Shown piece by piece: positions 50,005-60,811 of a stretch of 64,000 nt of DNA. The position numbers and the translations under genes were made by a program. This stretch comes from Macrostomum lignano (Eukaryota): NCBI GenBank assembly GCA_002269645.1, contig NIVC01000023.1, positions 1 to 64,000 of the forward strand. The letters are read 5' to 3'. The notes under the pieces were generated by a model that saw only the letters and a list, made by a program, of their open reading frames with translations, was not told where the DNA came from and searched no databases. How positions within the stretch are numbered: position 1 is the stretch's first letter; each line of letters opens with the position of its first letter.

Positions 50005-50682
50005 TCATCCCAGAAACAGCCGTTCAATCTCTTCAACAGGCGACCGGCACAGGGGGCACAGTACGGTCCGGGTTCGAGCCCCAGAGAACATGCGATGCGC
50101 GCAGGTCACGCAGATCGGCACGTGCCGGCAGGGCGACAGTTTCACGCAGCGCTCCCTGCACAGACAGACCGAGCAGCTGTTTGCCGGCGTTTGGCCAGCT
50201 GCAGTTGTTGTCGAAGAATTGTCGGCGGCGACGGCAGAATCGACACCGTCAAGAGTGGACAGGTCGTAGTGCTTCGGCGTGCTGGGACAGGAGCTGTTCT
50301 GCCTGTTGCCGCCGTCGCCTGGCCCGTGTTCGATCAGCTCGACGTGGAAATTCTCGCACGATCGACGCCCCTGACTGTCGATTCGAACCCGGGTCCTGTT
50401 GCAGATGTTAACCGATACGTTTGGCGACCTCGGCGGCTGCGGCTGCTGCTGATCCACAATGCTATTGTTTGTTCCAACTACATTGTTGTTCAGCCCTTTA
50501 ACAATGTTGTCATTGCCAACCACCGTGTTGCAGTTGCCGCACACTTCGTTGCCATTGCCTGTGACCGAGTTTCTGTGGCCCCAGATTCGATTATTGTTGC
50601 CGACAATGCTGGCGTTGCAGATGAAGTAGTCTCCATTGCTGCCGATCTTCATCTGCTCCTGCATGGCCCGCGCCTGCGGCAT
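50005..50682 (-). CDS. C3HC4 RING-finger protein with N-terminal GxxNxVx heptad repeats (225 aa, intronless CDS)
   Basis: RING CSVC..PCRH..CVTC..CPLC at the C-terminus; seven 7-aa repeats at the N-terminus. Likely start MPQARAM at 50682; the ORF-track start lies inside a satellite. Confidence 0.82.
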   Translation of the reverse strand: MPQARAMQEQMKIGSNGDYFICNASIVGNNNRIWGHRNSVTGNGNEVCGNCNTVVGNDNIVKGLNNNVVGTNNSIVDQQQPQPPRSPNVSVNICNRTRVRIDSQGRRSCENFHVELIEHGPGDGGNRQNSSCPSTPKHYDLSTLDGVDSAVAADNSSTTTAAGQTPANSCSVCLCRERCVKLSPCRHVPICVTCAHRMFSGARTRTVLCPLCRSPVEEIERLFLG

Positions 50683-50751
50683 GGGTCGGTTGGAGTTTCT
50701 TGGCCTCAAACTGACCGATGTGTGCTCTGTGCAGAGTGGGGATCTTATAGA

Positions 50752-51155
50752 GGCTGGCCCAGCAACTGAGGATCTGGGAGGCTGGCCAAGCAACTCAGGA
50801 TCTGGGAGGCTGGCCCAGCAGCTGAGGATCTGGGAGGCTGGCCCAGCAGCTGAGGATCTGGGAGGCTGGCGAAGCAGCTGAGGATCTGGGAGGCTGTTTA
50901 CCCAGCAACTGAGAATCTGGGAGGCTGACCCAGCAACTGAGGATGGAGCTGAGAGGCTGGCCCAGCAGCTGAGGATCTGGGAGGCTAGTTACCCAGCAAC
51001 TAAGGATCTGCGAGCCTGGCCCAGCAATTGGGGATCTGGGAGGCTGGCTCAGCAACTGAGAATCTGGGAGGCTGACCCAGCAACTGAGAATCTGGGAAGC
51101 TGACCCAGCAACTGAGGATGGAGCTGAGAGGCTGGCCCAGCAACTGAGGGTCTGG
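50752..51155. repeat. 28-bp minisatellite, block 1
   Basis: Unit gggaggctggcccagcaactgaggatct. Confidence 0.92.
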
Positions 51156-51828
51156 AATCCCAGAGTGATATGTGAAAGCATGCAGAATATTACAGCCATA
51201 TTGCAATTCACGCGGGCGGCTTGCAGCCAGCAGCAATAAAACGGAGACAAAATTTGAAGCGAGCCCAAGCCAGCCTAAGTAATGGTCGGGATTAAAGGAC
51301 AGTCGCAGTGGGCAGCAGCCTAATTCAGATTTATGTCCATTTAGTAAGCAGACTGTATAGGTTCCCTAGGGAGCTGCAGTCCCATTGCAAGATGGCTAGT
51401 ACCCCCTGTCCCCTTCTAAAAGAAATTAGTAAATTAAAGGGCAGTGAAAGGTCCAGTCTAGACAAGAAACGGTTGATAAATTAAGGGCAGGAATCTGGTG
51501 CACACGCAAGTTGATCAAAGCTGTTTATTTCCTAAAATGGAAAATTTCGGGTCAAATTTCTGCTGTTACTGTTTCTGTAGTGTCTGAACTTGTCTATGGC
51601 GCAACCCGATCAGAAAAGTGCACATAGAAAACAAAAATTCGTATTTTAAGTGTTTAGACTCCTCAATAATGCTTATTTTTAAAAACAGCTGCACGAAGTT
51701 GCCGGTAAAATCCGCGGGATAATAAAGTACACTCTGTACTTTCGTAACACTTTTACAAGCTAACCATTTTTTATTTTGTTTATGAAATATTTTCCAGTAA
51801 AAGCAATGTTGAGAAAGTGAACAACCAT

Positions 51829-52346
51829 GAGCATCTAGGAGGCTGGCCCAGCAACTGAGGATCTGGAAGGCTGGCCCAGCAACTGAAGATCTGAGAGGCT
51901 GGCCCAGCAACTGAGCATCTAGGAGGCTGGCCCAGCAACTGAGGATCTGGAAGGCTGGCCCAGCAACTGAAGATCTGAGAGGCTGGCCCAGCAACTGAGG
52001 ATCTGGGAGGCTGGCCCAGCAACTGAGGATCTGGGAGGCTGGCCCAGCAACTGAGGACCTAGGAGGCTGGCCCAGCAACTGAGGATCTGGGAGGCTGGGC
52101 CAGCAACTGAGGACCTGGGAGGCTGGCCCAGCAACTGAGGATCTGGGAGGCTGGCCCAGCAACTGAGGACCTGGGAGGCTGGCCCAGCAACTGAGGATCT
52201 GGGAGGCTGGCCCAGCAACTGAGGACCTGGGAGGCTGGCCCAGCAACTGAGGATCTGGGAGGCTGGCCCAGCAACTGGGGATCTGAGAAGCTGGCCCAGC
52301 AACTGAGGATCTGAGAAGCTGGCCCAGCAACTGGGGATCTGGGAGG
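51829..52346. repeat. 28-bp minisatellite, block 2
   Basis: Same unit as 50752-51155. Confidence 0.92.
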
Positions 52347-53136
52347 GCTATGAAGTCGCCACAGCTGAGATTGTGTAATTACGGCAATGAACAAAACCCC
52401 AATGCTAAGAAATTACCTTTGTTTCCGGTGTAGATGCAGGAATAAAGTGGTGGCTGGAACTGCTCGGGCCCCAAATGCAGATGCAGATATCTATATGCAG
52501 TTTAGATGTATATATATCGTATATATATATTAATAGCCAGTCCTATTGAGCCTGTGCTTGCGATGAGAACGCAAAACAAACTCAAATGTGCGGCTTCAAA
52601 AATAACGGGATTGATGGTGAGGGATAATTTAGCTACCCGAACGGATCGAAGTAGGAAAATGCAATTAGTTTGAGAACGGCAGCGCAATAGCTGGGGCAAA
52701 GATACAATTCTGAGGGTTTTTTTGGCCAAAGCGGAGGCTGCAGTTCCAGGCAGTGCAAATATTAATTAGCTAGCTTAGGTATATGGGGAGATGGAGTCGC
52801 TATGCAGGTCTTTATAAACTTTCAATTTCTTTCTGCACACAGTATTCGCGTTTTATATATATATATATAGGAAGCGCGGAGGAGAGACAGTGTAGAAATA
52901 GGAGAATGCGCACAATTCTTAGTGGCTGGGAAGCGCCATCAATAAAAACGTGAAGCCGACGGGGGCTGGTGATCCCGATGCAGAACCCTCACTGTGCATG
53001 CAGCATAGTTGCTATGGCTGAGATATTGCTATGCCGAAAGTTAAATCTTTTCAGCTATACATTTAAAAAATGCCTCATCACGATTACTGGATTTCTTAAT
53101 TCTGACTGACCACTCGGTTGAATTATTCAACCCGCG

Positions 53137-54800
53137 ATGTCAGTTTTGGCGCCTAGATGTCCAATTTATCGATCCAATGTCAATTTTGGCGCCTGGCTGT
53201 CCGATTTATCGATCTGATGTCAGTTTTGGTGCCTAGATGTCAGATTTATCGATCTGATGTCAGTTTTGGCGCCTAGATGTCAGGTTTATCGATCTGATGT
53301 CAGTTTTGGTGCCTAGATGTCAGATTTATCGATCTGATGTCAGTTTTGGCGCCTAGATGTCAGATTTATCGATCTGATGTCAGTTTTGGTGCCTAGATGT
53401 CAGATTTATCGATCTGATGTCAGTTTTGGCGCCTAGATGTCAGATTTATCGATCTGATGTCAGTTTTGGCGCCTAGATTTCAGATTTATCGATCTGATGT
53501 CAGTTTTGGCGCCTAGATCTCAGATTTATTGATCCAATGTCAATTTTGGCGCCTAGATGTCCAATTTATCGATCCAATTTCAGTTTTGGCGCCTAAATGT
53601 CCAATTTATCGATCCAATGTCGGTTTTGGTGCCTAGCTGTCCAATTTATCGATCCAATGTCAGTTTTGGCGCCTAGATCTCAGATTTATTGATCCAATGT
53701 CAATTTTGGCGCCTAGCTGTCCGATTTATCGATCCAATGTCGGTTTTGGTGCCTAGCTGTCCAATTTATTGATCCAATGTCAGTTTTGGCGCCTAGATGT
53801 CCAATTTATTGATCCAATGTCAATTTTGGCGCCTAGATGTCCGATTTATCGATGCAATGTCAGTTTTGGCGCCTAGATGTCCTATTTATCGATCCAATGT
53901 CAGTTTTGGCGCCTAGATCTCAGATTTATTGATCCAATGTCAGTTTTGGCGCCTAGATGCCCGATTTATCGATCTGATGTCAGTTTTGGCGCCTAGATGT
54001 CAGATTTATTGATATGTCAGATTTATCGATCTGATGTCAGTTTTGGCGCCTAGATGCCCGATTTCTCGATCTGATGTCAGTTTTGGCGCCTAGATGTCAG
54101 ATTTATCGATTCGATGTCAGTTTTGGCGCCTAGATGTCCAATTTATCGATCCAATGTCAGTTTTGGCGCCTAGATGTCCAATTTATCGATCCAATGTCAA
54201 TTTTGGCGCCTAGCTGTCCAATTTATCGATCCAATGTCAGTTTTGGCGCCTAGATGCCCGATTTCTCGATCTGATGTCAGTTTTGGTGCCTAGATGTCAG
54301 ATTTATCGATTCGATGTCAGTTTTGGCGCCTAGATGTCAGATTTATCGATCTGATGTCAGTTTTGGTGCCTAGATGCCCGATTTATCGATCTGATGTCAG
54401 TTTTGGCGCCTAGATGTCAGATTTATCGATCTGATGTCAGTTTTGGTGCCTAGATGTCAGATTTATCGATCCAATGTCAGTTTTGGCGCCTAGATGTCAG
54501 ATTTATCGATCCAATGTCAGTTTTGGCGCCTAGATGTCAGATTTATCGATCCGATGTCAGTTTTGGTGCCTAGATGTCCGATTTATCGATCTGATGTCAG
54601 TTTTGGTGCCTAGATGTCCGATTTATCGATCTGATGTCAGTTTTGGTGCCTAGATGTCCGATTTATCGATCTGATGTCAGTTTTGGCGCCTAGATGTCAG
54701 ATTTATCGATCTGATGTCAGTTTTGGTGCCTAGATGTCAGATTTATCGATCCAATGTCAGTTTTGGCGCCTAGATGTCAGATTTATCGATCCGATGTCAG
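53137..54800. repeat. 40-bp minisatellite
   Basis: Unit gatgtcagttttggcgcctagatgtcagatttatcgatct. Confidence 0.95.
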
Positions 54801-55564
54801 TGTGTTTGCGGATCGGAGCAACCAATTTGAGATTTTTGCAAGCCTTTGGACCATAGACAATAACAGATTTCATCAGAGAAACATCAAACGGGGATAAGCC
54901 AGACGAAAGGCATTAAAGAAAGTTGCTTCACAGCTCGCAGATCAGAATCCCTATAGCGAGATAAGCAACAAAAAGTACGACCGGATCGGGTGGAAAACGG
55001 AAGTACGTAAGGACACGATTCTGTCATTCTCCGATCCCTTTTTCTCCACTGTCTCCTCGATTTTTCTTGCTCTCTACAAGGAGTATCTTATCAATTTTGT
55101 AGGCCCCAAACTGCATGGCCTCTTTTCCTGTGTGTACCCTGGCGGTTTAGCTATCCGGCTATAAGAGAGCAATATACAAGCAAGGAAGGACTTTAATGTA
55201 TAGAGAACATGCGAAAGCTGCAAGACAGATCATCGATACACCCAAGCTATACTGTATAGGAAAGCCAACAAAGTTAGTAGGACTATATAGTGCATACTGC
55301 GGACAGCACTGGATATACTAGGACTGCATGGTGTTGTGTGTGCCTGAAAGGGAAGGTCAAACCGAGTGCAAAGCGCTGTTTGAAAGAAAAAAACAATTTA
55401 AATATTCTATACAGAGCCCAGCAACTATAATAGTCGCTGACTTCAGTGCAAGATGGGCCGACACGAACTTCCCCGCTAAAATAGTTCGAAAATTCATAAG
55501 CTCGACAACCAATATCTTATAGATTAGCTAATCACAAGTTGTAATCTTCATTTTATGGAAGGGT

Positions 55565-56200
55565 CATTGTTGGTCAGTCACAATGATAAACTTCATATCA
55601 CGGAAGAGACATTGTTGGTCACTGTCACAAGCTCGAATCTTCATATCATGAAAGAGCCATTGTTGGTCACTGTCACAAGCTCGAATCTTCATATCATGAA
55701 AGAGCCATTGTTGGTCACTGTCACAAGCTCGAATCTTCATATCATGAAAGAGCCATTGTTGGTCACTGTCACAAGCTCGAATCTTCATATCATGAAAGAG
55801 CCATTGTTGGTCACTGTCACAAGCTCGAATCTTCATATCATGAAAGAGCCACTGTTGGTCACTGTCACAAGCTCGAAACTTCATATCATGGAAGAGGCAT
55901 TGTTGGTCACTGCCACAATGGCTAATCTTCATATCATGGAAGAGGCATTGTTGGTCACTGCCACAATGGCTAATCTTCATATCATGGAAGAGGCATTGTT
56001 GGTCACTGCCACAATGGCTAATCTTCATATCATGGAAGAGGCATTGTTGGTCACTGTCACAAAGGCTAATATTTATATCATGAAAGAGCCATTGTTGGTC
56101 ATTGTCACAAAGGCTAATATTTATATCATGAAAGAGCCATTGTTGGTCACTGTCACAATGGCTAATATTTATATCACGGAAGAGACATTGCTGGTCACAG
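55565..56200. repeat. 48-bp minisatellite
   Basis: Unit ttggtcactgtcacaagctcgaatcttcatatcatgaaagagccattg, three successive variant blocks. Confidence 0.93.
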
Positions 56201-56954
56201 TCAAACTGTCAATATTTAATCGAAAATAAAGCATTGAAAGACAAATTTTAGTAATATTTTTTTTGAATAATTCCAAAGATTTGTGAGACGTATGTAGGTT
56301 GAAAATTGCAAGGCTATAATTCAAATGCTGCAACTAAGAAAACAAACAATATAAGAGCTATTCATAGTGAAACCTACATTTTTTACCTGGTGAAACACAA
56401 CACCGAAAAGTGTATGGGAATCTAAAAGCAAAAGTGCAAAGCTGTCAGCTATTATCCATAGACAACAGCTGTTGGTTCAGCAATGATGCGCAAACGGGGA
56501 CTGTCATCAATCCAAGAGGAAGGAAGCAAGTAAAAAACCACAACGTTCATTTCTTACACGCGGATGTCCTCTGACAAGGGCCCAAGCCCAACCTGGCATC
56601 AATCTTAAATTCCTTTGATGTTTTTCCTGCAAGCCGCCTTTACATTGTTGTTCCTTATACCCTTAGCGCTACGTATTATAATACTTTGCTTATACTAACA
56701 GTAGCCCCATTAGGGCATCCTTTTATAATAATTGCAAGACGAAAAAATAGCTTGTCGTGGGATAACCCCCCCCCCAGGGCACAGAGATTGTACATGTCCA
56801 ACTGTTACATGTCCAACATGTCCAAGTCTCGAGTCATTGGCGCGATTGTATGTGCTTTGAGATCATAGATAAGAGATGAGGCTCGTACTCTTTACCACCC
56901 TGCACACAAACCCAAAATGAATGTTTTGGACAGATAAGATAAGGCAAGTTGACA

Positions 56955-57108
56955 AGGCTTACTGGGGGAATTGCTGAGAGGTCAAGGCTTACTGGGGGAA
57001 TTGCTGAGAGGTCAAGGCTTACTGGGGGAATTGCTGAGAGGTCAAGGCTTACTGGGGAATTGCTAAGATGTCAAATTTTACTGGGGGAATTGCTGAGAGG
57101 TCAAGGAT
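56955..57108. repeat. 30-bp minisatellite, ~5 copies
   Basis: Unit caaggcttactgggggaattgctgagaggt. Confidence 0.9.
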
Positions 57109-57854
57109 GAGGTCAAAAGCTACATGTACTTTATGGAAAATTTGTAATCCATTCTTTGTAAGCTCCCCAACGGGGGGCGCTGACTGCTAGTGGTTTTCTA
57201 AAACAAAAGTTTTTTGTTTGTTTTTTTCTTAACGCTTTCATTATCACACTTAGATATTTGATCATTTCAATGTGTCTGAAAGAAAACCATCAACCAAGAA
57301 GTCACGTCGAGCACCAATAAAATTTTAATAAGACGTCACCGGCGATAAAAAATATGAATTTTATCTTACCGCCTTGAGTAGAGGATCTTTATGACTTTTA
57401 ATAAGACTGAAAATAATGCAAACCAGGCGATATGTATCGTAAACAACTTTAAAAGACTTGAATTATTTTTCTAAAGCTATTTTTGTTACCCAATAAGTAG
57501 TAAGTTTGAATACTACAACTTCAGAAAGCATTAGCTGATTTTATTAATAAGTTGCAACTTTGTATTAACTAATTTATTTGATTACAATTGATGCACTGAA
57601 ACAACAAAGAGTGTCGTTTAGAAGCATCAATTTTCAAGTAATTTTTTAAAATAATCTTTGTTGCAGCTCAAGTGCTTGGGTATACAGTCACGTATAACAT
57701 TTACAAAATGAGTAGCAAAAAATAGCCTTGGAGAACAAAGACTGGAGTACGTCGATTAGAAAATAAGCCGAATTTTTAAGAGTCAATCAGACAATATGGA
57801 AATTTAGGGAGCATAACAAAGACCCTGATAGCTAGCTAATTTGTGTCAAAATAT

Positions 57855-58100
57855 GTGAACAAAGACCACAAGAGAGATGTACCACAAGACAATGTCGAAC
57901 AAAGACCATAGGCAGAATTTGCAAGACCGTGTGAACAAAGACCATAGAAGTTTTAAGACCGCGTGAACAGACCATAGAAGTTGCAAGACCGCGTGAACAA
58001 AGACCATAGAAGTTGCAAGACCGCGTGAACTAAGACCATAGAAGTTGCAAGACCGCGTGAACAAAGACCATAAAAGTTGCAAGACCGCGTGAACAAAGAC
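57855..58100. repeat. 32-bp minisatellite downstream of the NAE1 stop
   Basis: Unit aagaccatagaagttgcaagaccgcgtgaaca. Confidence 0.85.
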
Positions 58101-58278
58101 CAGTCGAGAACAATTCTATGTGAACAAAAGACCATGATGGCTGACGACCATCCATTAATACAAAGACCATAGAAACAGAAAATCAATTGCAAACAAAGAC
58201 CACGGAAAGACTCGCAAAGAACAGGAAACAGATTATATGTAGACACAATTCAGCAAACAAAGAACAAAGACCGGCAGC

Positions 58279-60466
58279 TTAAAACACCGGCAGAAAGGTT
58301 TGCGACACGGCATCGTACAGCATAGTCCGAGTCTCCGGCACGAACTGCCCAGTGATCAGCTTGATGCCTTCCTGAGACAGAACTCCGCCCATCCAGGCTG
58401 CCACAGAGTGCACCTCTGCTCGACCGAATCTGCACAGCTCGTGCAGCAGATCCTCTGGCGCCGAAGTTGGACCAGCCGCCGATGTAGTGGCTAGAGAGGC
58501 CAGCCAATCCTGAGCTAGCTGTTGGCATTTCAGCTTCAACTGGCCAGCGTCGGCCAGAAAATTCACATCGTCTGTGTCGCCTGGGAAGCGACCGAATTCG
58601 GTGTGGAACCGGTCGCAGGCGTGGAACAGCAGGTACCACCAGAACGGCGATGGCCCGGCCTCCGCCGTCTCCTCCAGGCACCGAGCGACCGTCTGCGGCA
58701 GTGGCCGGCTTAGCTAAATAGGGGAGATTTGGGGATTTCTCAGCTTGAATTGGGGATATTCTTAGACCGCAGATCTTTGATAGGGATATTATAAGATCTC
58801 AAAGCTTCAATGGGGATATTATATTGTAAGATCCAAACGCATCGATGGGGATATTATATTGTAAGATCCCCAAGCTTTTACCTTGGGGTTGCGATAGGGG
58901 CCTCGCGGCCTATTCGCGGCGCCTGCGCCCCCCGTCAGTAGTAAGTAAGTAAGTAAGCTTCAATGGGGATATTATATTTTAAGATCCAAAGCTTCAATGG
59001 GGATATTATATGATCCCAAAGCTTTAATTGGGATATTATAAGTTCCCAACGCTTTAATTGGGATATTATATTGTAAGATCCCCAAGCTTCAATAGGGATA
59101 TTATATTGTAAGATCCCCAAGCTTCAATAGGGATATTATATTGTAAGATCCCCAAGCTTCAATAGGGATATTATATTGTAAGATCCCCAAGCTTCAATGG
59201 GGATATTATATTTTAAGATCCAAAGCTTCAATGGGGATATTATATGATCCCAAAGCTTTAATTGGGATATTATAAGTTCCCAACGCTTTAACTGGGATAT
59301 TATATTGTAAGATCCCCAAGCTTCAATAGGGATATTATATTGTAAGATCCCCAAGCTTCAATAGGGATATTATATTGTAAGATCCCCAAGCTTCAATAGG
59401 GATATTATATTGTAAGATCCCCAAGCTTCAATGGGAATATTCTGAGACCTCCCAGCCTAAATGGGGATATTCTGAGATCTCAAATCTTCTATGGGGAAAT
59501 TCTGAGATCCCCAACATAAATGGGGATATTTTGAGATTCCAGCTTCAATGGGAATACTCTAAGATATCCCAAACTCAATCGGGATATTCTGAGATCTCCC
59601 TAACTCAATCGGGATACTCCGAGATCTCCCAACATAAATGGGGATATTTTGAGATCCCAGCTTCAATCGACATACTCTGAGATCTCCCAACATAAATGGG
59701 GATATTTTGAGATCCCAGCTTCAATCGACATACTCTGAGATCCCCCAACCTAAATGGGAATGCTCTGAGTTCTGCAGGCTTCTATATTCAGCTTCAGACA
59801 AAGTAATAATCGCCGTCTTACCTCTCGATAAGAAGCAGTTTTAACCAACCGCAGATGCCTGGCATTCTTACAGAACAGAGCAATCTGACTAGCTGGCACG
59901 CTGTCAGCGCTCAGACCAATGTCTAAACAGACTACTCTTAGTAGGCGACTAAATTCGACCAGATCAGCATCGGCCGCCCGCCTGTAGATATTCAGCAGGG
60001 CTACGTAGCGATCGGAATCGCTGACCATATCCGGCAGGGTTCCGCACAGCGGCAGGCAGCCTCGTTGGCGATAGAACTCGGCCAGAGTGCGGCATAGCAA
60101 CAGCCAGTTGCTAGGCGGGACCGCCGCTTGTCTGTCTTCGCTAGGCGCGCTCGAATCCGACAATTGTTGACGGCGTAGCCAAAACTGATCGGCTAATTTA
60201 AACAATTCATTCACGTTGCTAGGCAGCTTGCTAGGCAACAGAGCGGTGGTAACCGCCGATTGAGCCTGTCGCCAGTTCTCCTCGTCGCCATGGAGATCCG
60301 ACTCGCCCCGCTCGCCAGACCGGATCAGCTGGCGAACCGCCTGTCGCTCAGCGTAGTTCGACGGGAATTTGCCGGCGTTGGCCTGGCGCCATTTGCTCAG
60401 GAATTTGTACAGGATCACCAGCCAGGGAGTGTGGCTGTGCCGCTGGCTGTCCATGGCTGACAAGTC
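58279..60466 (-). CDS. NAE1: NEDD8-activating enzyme E1 regulatory subunit, last two exons 59822-60466 and 58279-58713
   Basis: HSHTPWLVIL, LPLCGTLPDMVSDSDRYVALLNIY, DRFHTEFGRFPG, GRAEVHSVAAWMGGVLSQEGIKLITGQFVP. Phase-0 GT-AG junction. Upstream exons lie beyond the retrotransposon. Confidence 0.92.
58735..59750. repeat. 35-bp intronic minisatellite
   Basis: Unit gggatattatattgtaagatccccaagcttcaata, degenerating to the right. Confidence 0.9.
58878..58954 (+). mobile_element. 77-bp 5'-truncated retroposon end with (TAAG)n tail
   Basis: GC-rich insert interrupting the 35-bp array, flanked by AAGCTT at 58872-58877 and 58955-58960 (putative TSD) and ending in gtaagtaagtaagt. Confidence 0.55.
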
Positions 60467-60604
60467 CTTGAGGAGTATTGTTGCGAAGGGGGGATGGAGA
60501 GTGCTGGTGTGGAAACTTGAGTAACAGGGATTTTGCTACAACTGAGTTTTTCTCCTAGAAATTTCGTAACTAGGATTCCACCTGTTTGAACAAGGATGCC
60601 AATA

Positions 60605-60811
60605 TTAAGACAGGGATTCCCCATTAGAAAAAGGGATTTCCCATTAGGAAAAGGGATTTCCCTTTAGGAAAAGGGATTTCCCTTTAGGAAGAGATTTTCC
60701 TATATAAACATGGACTCCCTATATGAACAGGGAATCCCCTATATGAACAGGGATTCCCCTATATGAACAAGGAATCACCTATATGAACAGGCAATACCCT
60801 ATATTAACAGG
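60605..60811. repeat. 20-bp intronic minisatellite
   Basis: Unit aacagggattcccctatatg, truncated by the LTR. Confidence 0.85.

Noticed and set aside
54800-55560. Unique sequence between satellites as a possible gene
   Set aside because: Only short ORFs (<70 aa), with no recognisable motif or consistent splice pattern.
55555-56229. 224-aa LLVTVTSSNLHIMKEP-repeat ORF
   Set aside because: A 48-bp satellite open on both strands with no recognisable domain.
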